A program made the position numbers and the translations under genes. From the NCBI RefSeq assembly GCF_009834535.1, contig NC_045697.1:116934001-116998000 (forward strand): 64,000 nucleotides of DNA. Direction: 5' to 3'. A model generated the notes under the pieces. It was not told where the DNA came from. It worked only from the letters and a program-made list of their open reading frames with translations, and ran no database searches. Source of the stretch: Camelus ferus. Its lineage: Eukaryota. Shown piece after piece: positions 1-12,740 of this stretch (within the stretch, counting starts at the first letter, position 1; every line of letters begins with the position of its first letter).

Positions 1-603
1 AATGAAATTCATGGCCTCAGCCCTGTGTTTTGGAGGGAGATGAGGTGCTCTTTAAGAACACCATGTTCTTTCTTATGAAGCTGACAGACTAGCAAATCCG
101 TTCCACTGCCGTATGTGGAAATGGGAACTCATCCCCAAAGAACTGGTTAGTACAAGACACGTTTTACAAGAGTCTATTGTTGGGAAACAAAACTCCATAA
201 ATTCCATTTATCATGCATTTGTACGGCGTGGATTTATTTTTACTGATGTATTTCCCTATGTCATTCCGAAAAGGACTTGAAACACCTAGCTTCACCTACT
301 CCTAGTGGAAGCTAAGAATAGCAAAATACATAAGCTGTGCAAATACAAGGGATGAAGACGTAGAAGCTGAATTTTGGTCCCTAGAACACAAAGAGACTAA
401 GACATAGGGGGGTTCTTCTGAAAGTTTGGTATTGGATATAGGAGTTCATGGAACAGAAAAAAAAATCAGTGAGTTACTCAGGATCAGGACAATCAAAGTG
501 TGAGGGATGGACGAACATGTGAGAGAGATGGCTTCGGTGCCATCACTGCATGAAAATTTCACCAATGTTAGTATCAGTTTTGCAGATTAAAACCAAATTA
601 TAA

Positions 604-1075
604 CATATAAGGAATACTATTCAGTCATAAAAAGAAGTCAATAATGCCATTTGCTGCAATATGGATGGATCTAGAGATGATCATATTAAGTGAAGTAAGT
701 CAGACAGAGAAAGACAAATGTCATATGATGTCACTAATGTGTGGAATTTAAAAAACTTTAAAAAGATACAAATTTTATTTACAAACCAGAAGTAGACTCA
801 CAGACATAGAACAAACTGTGGTTACTGAGAGGAAGTGGGGAGGGATAGATGAGGACTTTGGGATTAACAGAGACACACTACTGTATATAAAAGAGATAAA
901 CAATAAGGACCTATAGGACCTATTGTGTAGCACAGGGAACTATATTCAATTTCTTGTAATGAGCCATAATGGAAAAGAAACTGAAAAAAAAGTATGTATA
1001 TGTATCACTGCTGTATACTTGAAACTAAGATTGTAAGTCAACTACACTTCAATAAAAAATAAGAATTAAAACACC
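604..1075 (+). mobile_element. 5'-truncated L1 3' end (cetartiodactyl/camelid-type)
   Basis: Typical L1 ORF2-end/3'UTR text (atggatggatctagagatgatcatattaagtgaagtaagtcagacagagaaagacaaa ... cttcaataaaaa). Flanked by direct repeat ccaaattataa at 593-603 and 1076-1086 next to a TT/AAAA site. Confidence 0.93.
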
Positions 1076-1099
1076 CCAAATTATAAGAAACATTTTCCT

Positions 1100-1372
1100 T
1101 ATATAAATATGAATTTAATGCATTATATAAGGTAGACGGCTACACATACATATAATGTATATATTATGCATGTATATACTACTATGTACATATGTAGGCA
1201 TATATTTAATACCTATGTGCATAAGATATATACATATTAAATACACATGCATAGATACTATATAAGGTATACATACATGCATTTATAATGTATATAGTAT
1301 GCATTTATGTATTTATATTGCATAATGCATTAGGCATTTAATAACCGTGTATAACTTATTACATAGTATATG
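1100..1372. repeat. AT-rich low-complexity (TA/TATG/CATA) tract
   Basis: Degenerate TA/TGCA repeats. Internal ~135 bp periodicity: tatataaggta...tataatgtatata.tatgcat at ~1124 and ~1259. Confidence 0.85.
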
Positions 1373-1489
1373 TCCAGTCACAGACACCTGAAAATTGAAG
1401 TCTTGTAAGTTTGGGATCCACGGAAGTCCTGCAGCCAGTGTTAGCCAGGTCATCACTCCTGATAAAATTTTAGCATGTATTAATGAAGT

Positions 1490-2580
1490 CCTTCAATAAA
1501 TATTCCCTGAAGGCCTGCCACATCCCAGGACCAATTAGAAACTGTGAATTAAATAAACATGGTTCTTGGGATTTTTTGAAGCTTACATTTAGGGGAGAAT
1601 ATATACAATAATACTGAAAATTGCAGTGACAGTTGTGAGAGGTAATAGGGGAGCTGAGCTGTGTCTGAGGTCAGGCAGAAGTGGGGGCCTCTGGAGGAGG
1701 GGTGTTGAAGCTGAGATCTGAGGTCTGAAGATTGAGGAGCCATTACTCTGTGGATTAGAGGAAAGCACGTCTGGCAGAAGCAATGGCACGTGAAGGATCT
1801 TGGAAAAGGGTCAGCGTCTTCCAGAAAACGAGACCAAGTTGATTTTTCTAAAAGTCAGTGAAATGAGGGAGTGGCAGTGAAGGTGGGTAGTGCGGTCAGC
1901 AAGGCCCAGATCATGCACACCTGACCTGAAGGCCATGCTACCAGCAGTGCCGGGAGATCAGCCTGGTGGCCGTGTGGGAAACGAACAGGAGGAAGGGAGA
2001 CAGGACAGAAGGCCCTCCAGTTGCTCTAGGGGGAGATGCTGGACCGTGACGCGGACAGTGGAGGTGGAAAATCTAGAGAATGAGGGGTGAAACCGACCAG
2101 ATTGCCAATATAAAGTTTTCAAGAAAGAGCATGAGGTTCCTAATCTGAGCAGTCCGGTTCACGACAGTGCCCTTAACCGAAATGGGAACGACCAAGTGGG
2201 GAACAGTGCTGGTGAATACGAACCAAAAAGAATATCCTGTTTGACAGGAGTCAGTGTGCATGGGGGTGGAGGTTCGAACATCGGTGAGAGGCGCGGGCTG
2301 GGCAGGTCTCCCAGCACCGGTGCTGTGCGCGTCTTGGCAGAGATAATAACGTCCTGGGGTCTGTGGGATGTTCAGCGTCATCTCCGACCTCTGCCCACCA
2401 GATGCCAGTGGTTCTGCCTCTTGCTGTGACAGTCAGCACACCCCCAGAACTTGCCAAATGTCCTCGGGGGTAAAACCACCACCCGCTGAGAATGACTGGC
2501 TTAGAAACCTAACTTAGGGATTGCTGAAACATAGATGAAGTTTTTAAAATTCATGAAAGTAGAAGAAATCACCCAGAGAC
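1490..2580 (-). mobile_element. L2 LINE 3' region, interrupted by MER20
   Basis: Antisense L2 hallmarks: ttcaataaatatt, gaagcttacatttagggga, gctgagatctga, ggcccagatcatg. Resumes after 2498 with catagatg...gaaatcacccagag. Confidence 0.75.
2303..2498 (-). mobile_element. MER20 hAT-Charlie MITE
   Basis: Matches MER20 reverse complement: ggatgttcagc...ctctgcccaccagatgccagt...gtgaca...ttgccaaatgtcc...ctgagaatgactg. Confidence 0.88.
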
Positions 2581-2707
2581 TTCCAGTTCCTGCAAAATAG
2601 TGCATCAAATAAATGCAGAAATTCTTCCACTGTGTTTGAAATGCTTGGTAAAACCTAACAATAACAAAATGGAAGAGCAAGAACATAAAAAAAAGGAACT
2701 ACCCAGG

Positions 2708-2795
2708 CAATAGTATGATATGATAATACTATTCTAATATATCGTATTATTATAATATAATGTAATAATACTATTATATGATAGTAATAATAGTA
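2708..2795. repeat. (TAA/TAT) low-complexity tract
   Basis: Visible taata/tagta/tatta repeats. Confidence 0.8.
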
Positions 2796-3439
2796 AGGAA
2801 TGGAACTTAAATCAGTAAACACGCAGCTGCTGTAGCCCTGACACTGGAGGTGGACAGAACAGAGCACAGGACTTGAATTTTAATACCTGTGCATGGCTGT
2901 ATGAGGCAAGGATTAAGGACTCTTCGTGAAAACCGTTCTTTTGTAAAGTGTGGATGTAGAAACCCGAAAGCTTCAGTGAAAGGTGAACATTAAAAATATC
3001 TGCTTCTCACCCAGCGTTTGACACGGAAGCTCCTGTGTCTGGTGTCAGGAAAAAGGCTACCCTCAGCAATCAGAAGCCAAGCCCATGTCCCATTCTGCTT
3101 TGGAGTCTAATGTTGCAGGATCTGAGGAGACCAGAAGTGCCCAGCTGGGAAATTAATATACATGGTGGTTCTTGGGATGCCCTGGGGCTGTACAGAGGAA
3201 TTAATATTAAAACTTCCTTGGAGGATCATTCTCAGAACCGGTCCACATGTGAGACCCCTGCCAAAAACAAGCCCCTCTCAAGGAAGTGCAAAACGTAAAA
3301 CTAAAATATAAAGAACTCACGCACCATGAAGCAAAAGTTTACAGGAACCAGAAATAGGAGAACCATTGCTTTACTCACTTGAAACAATAAGTAAATTGAA
3401 GCTGACTATAAATTAGTAATGTGAAAAATGATTAAAAAA

Positions 3440-3475
3440 TACATACATATATATATATATGTGTATATATATATA
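3440..3475. repeat. (TA)n microsatellite
   Basis: Directly visible. Confidence 0.9.
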
Positions 3476-3479
3476 GAAC

Positions 3480-3860
3480 AAGACACCAGGGAAAAAAGAG
3501 AACCAGATGGAATTCTTGACACAACAATTATAATAAATGATTGCAAACACAGTGGAAATCCAATAGGAGGCTCTTGCTTTACAGAAACTGAAGAAACTGG
3601 AAGCTAAAGTCGAGGAAATATCACAGATTAAGATAAATCAACAGTAATGATCAAAGAGAAGTCAAAGATGACTTCCTTATGGAAGGTAGCATGAAAATAA
3701 CCCACACCTATTGGTGAGGAGTTCCGAAAGGACAGGACAGAGAGAAGAGAGAAGTGGTAATAATTGAAGGGAAAATGCTTACAAACTTCCAAAATCGATA
3801 AAAGACACAAATTCTCAAATTAAGGAAAAACAAAGCATAAATCTCAAGCGAGATCATTCA
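3480..3860 (+). mobile_element. Old L1M ORF1-region remnant
   Basis: A-rich sense strand; aaacttccaaaatcgataaaagacacaaattctcaaatt resembles the L1 ORF1 ENFPNL-K motif region. Confidence 0.55.
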
Positions 3861-4037
3861 CACATTCAGCATCGGCACAGAGTAGGGAAAGGGCAGAACA
3901 CTGAAATGAAACGAAGTGTTTGAAGGAGAGAGATCATCTCATAAAGGGAATAGGGGCAGATGAGAAGAGGAGTAATACCCAGTCTGGGGGAACGTCCACA
4001 ATGAGAGAAGCTGAGGCAAGGGTACCAGGACAACCGC

Positions 4038-4170
4038 TGTAGTCACACTACAATGAACAAGAATATGAAAAGGAATGTATGTGTGTACATGTATGACTGA
4101 GACACGATGCTGTGCACCAGAAACTGACATGACATTGTAAACTGACTGTACTTCAATTAAAAAAAAAAAA
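4038..4170 (+). mobile_element. Short L1 3' terminal fragment with poly(A)
   Basis: gaatatgaaaagg...atgactga...caccagaaactgac...attgtaaactgactgtacttcaatt followed by an A run. Confidence 0.9.
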
Positions 4171-4304
4171 GATACTCACTGGAAAGGGAAAATGGAAACA
4201 AGAGACAGACTGAGGGAATGAGATAAGAAACAGAGACAGATCAGGGCCATGAGTGGGGCACTGTCTCAGCGTTTCACAAGAAAACTGTGTTATTTTTGCA
4301 TACT

Positions 4305-5335
4305 AATCATTTAATTAAAAATATTGACTAAGGGCCTAATTTATAAATAACAGTTTACAAATCCCTACTTTCCTGGAGCTTACATTCCAGTGGGGGAAAG
4401 TGGATGATTTAAAAAAAAAAAAAAAAACCCAACAACAAATAATGACATAATATGTTGGAAGATTGTAAATGACCAGTGGGGAAGAGTTGGAGCAAGTAAG
4501 AAGAGAGGAGAGTGTCAGGGTTGCCAGTTTAAACGGAGTGATTTGGGAAGATCTCAGTGAGGAGGTGATCTTTAGGAAGTGCTTGGAAGCAGCGAGGGAT
4601 GGAGTCACATCTTTTTGGGAAAAGAGCAGGCAAAGGCCCTGAGGCAATGGCTGCCTCCTGTGTTCTGGGATGACCAGAGCCAAGGGCACCACGGGGACAG
4701 CTGGAAGGAACAGTGGCAGAAAATGACAGGGTGCCCATTCCAAGGACTTTCACTTTTGCTCAGATTGAAGGATTTAAGGGGTGACGCCATCTTGCTTCCC
4801 TTTTAATGGTCTCGCCCTGGTTGGCGTGTGGAGAGCACATTTGAGAGGCAAAAGCAGGAGCAGGAAGGCCATCCAGGGGCCGTGGAGTGATCCAGCGAGC
4901 CATGATGATGTCTGGACACACCGTGGGGTAGAAGGAGGTGACTGGATGCCAGACACCTTTGAAGGTGGAGCTACTGGATTGCACGTGGGTGTGAGAGACG
5001 CCACGAATGATGACCAGGATGGTGGGGCCTGCAGGTGGATGGGCTTCAGGGTGGAGGGAGAGGCTTACTTTTGGGCATTTTAAATTTGAGCTGTCTTAGG
5101 CATGATGGCTCCTGAAAAAAGTAACAGCATAGCTAGAAAACAGAGCTATTTTAGTGCCTTGGAATCTAAGAACAAGAAAAAAACAAAAATGTGGCACAGA
5201 GGAGGGAATGAGCAACTGTGTCCGAGGACCGAGAACTGACCACTTGTTACTGATTCTGAAAATCAGTTTCATTGGAGGAGTGGGGATGAAAGTCCATTTG
5301 GAGTGGTTTAAAAAAAAAATGGGACGAGAAATTAG
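4305..5335 (-). mobile_element. L2 LINE fragment
   Basis: tcctggagcttacattccagtggggga, tgaggaggtgatcttt, gcaaaggccctgaggca, ggccatccagg...tgatccag are antisense L2 motifs. Confidence 0.8.
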
Positions 5336-6215
5336 AGATGGTATGTATATGCTGAAACATGGTCTAAGATAATAAATTCATCTTGAAATTTATATTGCCT
5401 GGAAAATCTAATTTTCTTGTATTATTTTTATCTTTTTTAATATTCCACAACTTTTCCCCTCTATTTCTCCTATCTGAGCCCTGGGGTAAGACCTACATGA
5501 CAAGGAAGAGTAAGGAACACACTGAAGACTCGTTTGCACAGCACACGACCAAGCCAACAGGAAAGCCAAGACTGCCTTGACTTCTCCTCCTTTCACACTT
5601 AAGGGGATGCCTCATTAGGTAAGTTAGACATTTTCGGCTATGATACCTGTCATCGTGGTACAGATTTTTAATGTTATGAAGTTCTATTTAACAACTCGCA
5701 TGTAAACAGTACCGACGTGTGGTTTCCCTAATGACCCTTCCTGGCTGGCATTTGATTTCAAAGCTTTCCTGACTCTCACGAAGCCTAAGATGCCCTTCTC
5801 CTCGTGCATTCCAGGAATGAACATCCTTAATCGGCAATGAGTCCAATCGGTGGGGCTGTCTTAGGGAAGATCTCTGCAGAAAGCCGCCAGCAGGGCTGTG
5901 CTCTGCTCGCAACTGTGCTCTCTGCAAACATCACACGTGAAGAGTAACACCAAACAGTGCCGCAAGCTTTAGATGACTGCGCTTCATATCAGGAGTTCTT
6001 GTTCTATGTTTAGTGACGATCAGACATCCCTGTGGCACCATTTCGGTTTCCGTTCCACACGCCTTTCCTTCCCGCCATACCTTCCTTGACTTTCCTTGCT
6101 CTGCCTCCTCTGAGGACTTTCAGTCAATCAAATGGCCTGTGTTAACTGCTGTCTTTCATGCCTGCCTCTTCTCTGCTACCTGCCTAATCACTAAATGGCA
6201 GTAGGATGGATTAAA

Positions 6216-6234
6216 ACACACACACACACACACA
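6216..6234. repeat. (CA)n microsatellite
   Basis: Directly visible. Confidence 0.9.
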
Positions 6235-8347
6235 AAACATAAGCGAAAAAGAATTGGGCTGGAGAATATGGATGGAAGCGAGGGTTAAAAAAAAAAAGTC
6301 AATCCCAGGCGTTGAAGCTTGGAAGAGACTATGTACAGTGGATGAATGCAGGAGCTGCTTTCAGATGACAAGAGGCGAGGACAAGAGGAGACCAGAGGAG
6401 AGAGGCAGCGAGGTGCTGCAGAGAGCTGAGAACAGACATGAGCCTTGCTTGTGTCCCTGTGCTGGACCAAGGATGCTGAGATGACAGCAACGGGGAAAGT
6501 TACAGCTATGAAGTCCAGGCTCTGGGACAAGGTGGTATCTCTGAAAACTAGGAATGAACTACCGAGGACCCCCTAATCAATAATTAGGGGCTAGATACTG
6601 CAGGAGCTAAATTATCCACACACGCCAAAATTAGTGATATCGGGGTCAAAATTTTACTTGTTAAAGAGTCAGTGTAATCCAGCAACAGAATCACTGCTTC
6701 CTGCATCCTTGGGCATCTCTCACTTTCTGTAATTTTCTTCGTCTGTCATTTACTGGATTTTTTCAGAAAGCTCTGACCTTGGCGTCTTTTTTTTTTTTTT
6801 AATTTTTTTGGATAACAGTATGCATAAGCATCTGCTTCTGTGGCTGCAAATGCCAAAGTTCGTGGCCAAGAACCGAAGACAGGTTTCTCAACATTTTGCA
6901 AATAAATCCTTTGGAAAACAAGGGATATCATGGGAATGAGACTACTTTGCAGTTAAAAAAATAGTGGAAAACTTGCTTGCTCTTTTTGGTGATGAAAAAT
7001 ACTCATAAATTATACATTTGCTTCTTGGATGGGCGTAAAATCTGTGATGGTTTCACCTTCCGTCCTTAGAGGTATCCGCATTTGATCTTGTCAAAATTTC
7101 AGAAGGCTGGCCAGAACAGTAATATTTCAAGAACACCTTGTCACTTAGTTTGGTATCACAAATTCTCTGCAGGAAGTGACCGGCACCTCGTACTTCATTT
7201 TAGTGCATCTCTGGAGTCCAGGTGCCTTCCCGGTTACTCACATTTTGTACTGATGTAGTTCTACTGGGAGTTTCAGGGAGATGGATGAGGAGGTGGCCCC
7301 TGTCTGTAGGAGGGGAAAAAAGACATCGTGTGCAGCCAGTGCTTAAAACTCTGCCTGTCATTTTCAAGAAGTGTCCATGGCCACTCCTTTGCACAGATCG
7401 TGAAAGATTGAAGAGGCTTGGGGCAAAGTCCCCGCAGATTGTTCCATTTCTTTATGACTTACTTGTCACTTCGTGACACCTTGGATGCTCATTTTTACCT
7501 CGTTTCACCTCCAGAGAAGGTTGTCAGGGGACACACCGTGTGCTTGCCAGCATCTTTTCTGTTCACGCATCTCTAGAGAAGTTTGTGCAAATAATATACG
7601 ATATTTTATGCTCTTAAATTCCAGGGGAGCAAATAAATGACTTTCTTAGCATGCTACCAAGCCAAAAAAAAAAAAAAAAAAAAGGGGAAATTACCAGATT
7701 AAATTTCACTGGTCATGGCCAAAATCTCATCTTCTATAACTTTCTGAGGAAATTTCATGAACAGCCTCTTAGTTGTTTTTATGTATAACTTTTTTTCCCT
7801 TTTTAAAAAACTATTGTTTCAAAATTTATACAGGGTAAGAAATCAAATAGCTATCTCTGACATGATAATTACTTATGGCTTTGACATACTTTAAAAATGA
7901 GCTATTCATAAATCCACTGATGGTACATTATAAGTTGGCTGTCTAAATAAGGTTCTCTCATGTGGACATAGTTGTTGTACTAAATGTGCTTCTGTAAGCA
8001 GCCATGAATTATTTCTGAATGGCTTATTGTAAAGAAATAAACAAGCAGATTTTTCCCCCTTTCTCTCCACCTAAAATCATGTATTCTTTCAGTTAGACTT
8101 CAAAATATTGCATTTGAAATGAATAATCTTGAGGTTGAAAAGGGAGCCCCAAATTAAATGAGTGTTTATTTTTCCCAATTCCTTAATGCCATATTCAATC
8201 AATAGCAGTTACTTTTAGTAAAATCACATTTGGACAGATAACGGCAAGGAAATATTTAATGTGAGTCCTGAATTTTGCTATGATAACATTGATGCATATC
8301 TTATACAAAAGAATCACTTTTTCTTGAGTTCTGCAGAACATGAGTTT

Positions 8348-8464
8348 TTTTTTTTTTTTACAGTGACATCTTTTATTTTTATTATTTGTTTTTATTGAAG
8401 TATAGTCAGTTTACAATGTTGTGTCAATTTCTGGTGTCCAGCATCATGTTTCAGTCAGACATAT
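8348..8464 (-). mobile_element. Very short L1 3' end with double A-rich tail
   Basis: ttttattgaagtatagtcagtttacaatgttgtgtcaatttctggtg is the antisense L1 terminus. Perfect TSD acatgagttt at 8338-8347 and 8465-8474. Confidence 0.9.
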
Positions 8465-8788
8465 ACATGAGTTTCTAAGTCTAGAGGTGTTTTAAAACAG
8501 AACTCTGAATGGTGAAGGGCTGGTTGAATCAGCGCCATGCTATGAGTTCTCTGCACGTGCCTTGTGGGGTGTAGACTCCTGTAAAGTCTTATCTTGGCAT
8601 AAGAAGTGTGTGTGTTGAGTGGAGAGGGTGGGGAGGTTCTGAGTAGGGGTGGGGGAATGGGAATGGTAGAGAGGATTCTGATTTTACTAGAAACTGGAAG
8701 TTTCCATAGAAAAAATATTGAGAATAATTTAAAGTTTTCCGTTATAACATGTTTGCCCTAATGAATTTTGTAAAATCATATTGTTTTA

Positions 8789-8950
8789 TTTTTTTAATTA
8801 AAAAAATTTTTGCTCAATTTTTTTTGGGGGGGAAGTAATTAGAGTTATCTATTTATTTATTTAATACTTTTGGTGGAGGTACTGGGGATTGGACCTGGGA
8901 CCTCATGCATGCTAGGCATGCACTCTGCCACTGAGCTGTACACCCCCCCA
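8789..8950 (-). mobile_element. Camelid tRNA-derived SINE (Vic-1-like)
   Basis: Reverse complement reads ggggtgtacagctcagtggcagagtgcatgcctagcatgcatgaggtcccaggtccaatccccagtacctcc (Pol III A/B boxes) plus an A-rich tail. 16 bp TSD aaatcat[a/g]ttgtttta at 8773-8788 and 8952-8967. Confidence 0.92.
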
Positions 8951-9151
8951 CAAATCATGTTGTTTTAAATATCATATAATTGCATTTAATTTTTTTGGAA
9001 ATGGAAAAAGAAAACTAATCAGTCGTGGCTGCATTAGCTACTGTTCACATTTTCTTGCATTTTCTCCCATTATTTTTGATTTTCTATATTTTATGCTCCA
9101 AGTGCCTTATTTGATGTAGATTCTTCAAGCAAATAATGGTGGATTACCTAA

Positions 9152-9380
9152 GAAGCACCTACTCGAGCAGGTACTTGGCATGGTTTTTCCTGTTACATCT
9201 ATATAGCATTCCTGGGAAGCAGGTAATATTTATCACTTCTGCTTTACAGATTTAAAAATTGAGGAAGACTTGTAAAGGTTCATTAATTTGCCCAAGGCCA
9301 TGTGGCTAGTAAATTGCAATGTCTGGCCTTAAATCCAGGAAGCCTAACCTCAGAGTTCTTGATTTGAATGCCGTGCTGCT
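9152..9380 (-). mobile_element. MIR SINE
   Basis: Antisense MIR core: tttacagat...aaattgagg...aatttgcccaaggccatgtggctagtaa. Confidence 0.85.
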
Positions 9381-10449
9381 CTGTGTCTCTGCAAAGTTAC
9401 TTCCAGGGGAATTTATGGAGATTGAAGATAAAATTATCTGGTTAGTGCCAGAAAAAAACTTTACTATATTTCTCTGTTAAAGATACCACTTATGGGCTCC
9501 AAGCTAATTTTGCGGATTCTTTACATTGTTCAGATTTATCAATTGAATTCTTCTTATCAAAATCATGGTTAACAATTTTTTAAGGAATATTCGGCTTAGT
9601 AGCTAAGTAGCTAAATGAATGGCTTTATCTTTAATTTTGACTGAATTTTCCTGCCTTTGTATAAGTTCTTAATCTTTCCCTCTTCTTTGACTGTGGTTAC
9701 CTAACTTAATCAGAGAATAGATTTACTCGCTGCAAAGACTCCTGCTCATTTTGAAATACGTATTTCCTCTTTGGTTTTAAACAAGGGATTGAGGCAAAAT
9801 TAATTGGGCCACCCTTTAAAATTTATTTCTGCAGGTATAAAGCCACGATAGTGCTTGATATTTCTGACTGTACAGAAAATGAAAATTGCAGAAAGGATGC
9901 GTGACTCGCAGGGTTGAAGGCGTAACTTACAAAAAATCAGTCTGAGTTTTTATTGCCCAGTTTCAAGGGCATAAATCCTTATTTGACTAAGAATGTGATT
10001 GTTCTTTGTGTAACTATCTCCGTTATATTCAGAACTAGACATTAGCAGCTGCCCGAGCAAGCCTTTGGTGCCCTTTTGAGCAAACTGAAATGCGCAGAAC
10101 TCGGAGAGTTGGGTGAAGAAGGCTGACCTTGAGACGGTATGAGCAGTTACAGAGAACCTGAAACTTTGGCTTTTCCTACCAGCTTGTCTACTAGATTAAG
10201 AGTGATAGTAGCAAACATTTGTCATATTGGCATATTATAATGTACGTCTAGGTCCTCGAATGAACTGCAGAGGGGAGAATTCTCCTGGAGACAAAACTGG
10301 GAGTCCTCTCTTCCACATTGTCTGTAATCAGGGGTAGAGAGCCCTGGAGAATGAAAATCGGAGCAACCCTGCTGCATATGTATTCTCGTGAGTTACCTAG
10401 ACATCATGCTGTCATAGGGAACTGAAAATAAGAATAGATTAAGTACAGT

Positions 10450-10575
10450 TGGTACCTGGGGATATCTGGTTCTGTCACTCACTAGAGAATTAGCTTAAGA
10501 AACAACTAACCTCCCTGGGTCTTAGTTTCCTCCTCTGAGCACAATGAAAAGATTGGATGGGTTGATCTCTTCTAA
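10450..10575 (+). mobile_element. MIR/MIR3 fragment
   Basis: taacctccctgggtcttagtttcctcctctg...aatga is a MIR core variant. Confidence 0.65.
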
Positions 10576-10968
10576 TATCACATTTATTGCTGTTTCAGTA
10601 GCTTCCTAGTTCTTAGCTGGTGCCCAGCACATAGGAAGCCATTACACAGCTTCTGAATAACTGACTGTTGAGTTAGATGTAGGGAAACCTGGGGGTGATC
10701 ATGTAATTCAAGAAAAAACACAAGAAGCTTTACGTGATTGATGAATAATACATACACGGCATCGAGAAAGAAAGGATTATACATTTCATATTTTAATGGC
10801 CAGTGTTTAGACTGAATATTTTCCTTGATTTCTGTGAGGACTCTGATGCCTGAGATGATGGTCTTTAGAGTGAAACCAAATCACTGAATTCTGTAAAGTA
10901 GCCAAATAATCAGTCCTAAATGGACAGCCTTGATTCTTAGCATCTAAATTCTTCTACAAGGAGGGTAG

Positions 10969-11435
10969 TGTTGTGGGTTGAATTGTGTCTTCTTCGAAAA
11001 AGTTTGTTGAAATCCTAATCCACATTACCTGTGAATTGGATTCTACTTGGAAATAAAGTCTTTGTAGATTTAATCAAGTTAAAGTCAGGCCATTATGATT
11101 GACCTTAACCCAATGTGACTGGTGTCCTTACATGAAGAGGGACAACTGGGCACAGATGCCCACAGGTGGTGCAGATGGGCACAGGCAAGTGCTATGAGAG
11201 GGTGGAAGCAGAGACTGGAATGAAACCTCTACAAGCCAGGGAACACCGAGGACTGATGTGAATCACCAGAAGCTGGGAGAGAGGCAAGAAACAGACTCCC
11301 CCCACCAGAGCCTTCAGAAGGAGCCAACCCTGCTGACACCTTGATTTCAGACTAAAAGCTTCTGGAACTGGGAGGGACCACATTTCTGTTGTATTAATCT
11401 ACTCAGTCTTTGTGATGCCCTAGGAAATGAACACA
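10969..11435 (+). mobile_element. MaLR solo LTR (MLT1C-like)
   Basis: TG...CA ends; tgggttgaattgtgtc, gactggtgtcctta, caagccagggaacacc, caccagaagctgggagagaggca, aaccctgctgacaccttgatttcagact. Confidence 0.9.
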
Positions 11436-12179
11436 GTAAGAAACATCTCCCAAGCTATTCTGTCTTGGATGATGAGTTTAAAATAAGTCCAAGTAATAGA
11501 AGAGAGCTCGGGTGGCCACCTAACGCTTTCTTTCCTAATCAAGGAAATCCAAGTTCTGAGAAACCCAAGGATTGTGGCCTTGAGCTAAATATTCTCACTA
11601 GTCACCAGAAAAGGAGTCAGTTTTTTTCCCTCCTGTGTTTAGAAACTGTCCACAATCGCCCACAGTGTCAATGATGTATGAAATTTGCAACTCTCTGCTT
11701 TCCACTATTCTAGTGAAAACAATTTTAAAGTGTAACTATTTTAAGATTAAAAGATAAGCATCATGTCTGGTGTCCCAGATTCAGGGGTCTGTGTGTGTAT
11801 CTATGAAGGCGAACAAGAGCAGATCTCAGTGAGCTATAGCGAGGATGCTCAGTGCGGCTGACTCGGTTTCCTAGCAACTACATGACACTATTTGTCTCTT
11901 GCATCAACTGAAGCGGCAGTTGTACCCTGTGCGCCCTGCCCCCTCTTCCACATTTACCTCCTCCCAGTGAAATCAGGGGAGCACCTTTGGGATATTGAAT
12001 CTCTCTAGATTGCTTGATAGTTAAAGACATGAAAGGAAGACGTATTAATTTATCAGGCAAGTGTTATATGCTTCAGCATTAGCTAATATTGTGCAGATGC
12101 TTCAAAGAAGTAAACAAAATATTAAGGTATGATCCGTCTCTCCCAGGAGCTTAAAATGAGGTGAAAATTGGGATCGAGA

Positions 12180-12365
12180 GTGTAGTAGACGCAGGAGTCA
12201 GATCGTCTTGGCCTTGATCTAACCTCCATGCAAACTGTTTCTGAAACATTGGGCAAATCACACACTCTCGGCTTCATTTCTTCATGCATCAAATTATAGT
12301 AGCTCCTGCATATGCCAGAGGAGTTATTTGTGTGAAATCGTGTGCTTAATCAATATTGTCTATTG
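12180..12365 (+). mobile_element. Degraded MIR
   Basis: ggagtcagat...ttgggcaaatcac...ctctcggcttcatttcttcat. Confidence 0.65.
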
Positions 12366-12740
12366 GTATATTACTGATATTACTTGTGAAATTCCTTTGA
12401 GAAGCAACATTAACCAACATAAAAACAATTCTAGAGAAGACTTGAAAATAAACGCTATGAAGCATGATTGAACCTGGACATATGTAGAACTCATTGCATG
12501 TCTGATGTCACCATTTTAATCTTGGAAGGTTAAGGAAGAACCAGGGTTACGGGCCCATAAAGAAGGGCTTACCAATAGGCTGTGTAGACAAAGCAGTCTG
12601 TCCAGTTAATTTTTTTCATCAACTGGGTGGGAAAGGAAAAACTGGCAAATTTCTTTTCTTAAAATTTTGTGTTTGACTGAATGTTTTTAAAAGGGTTTCT
12701 GGGAATGTCCTTCTCATTGGTTAAAAATGAATAGAATAGT

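Noticed and set aside
6570..6590. Perfect 8 bp hairpin cccctaat-caata-attagggg (also a nested hairpin at 57281-57320)
   Set aside because: Stems this short are expected several times in 64 kb.
8092..8157. Protein-like snippets after AG acceptors (VRLQNIAFEMNNLEVEK here; AEEIHFKKSYIELAKHSM at ~58133-58185)
   Set aside because: Weak or absent donors, no recognisable homologue and no consistent exon chain.
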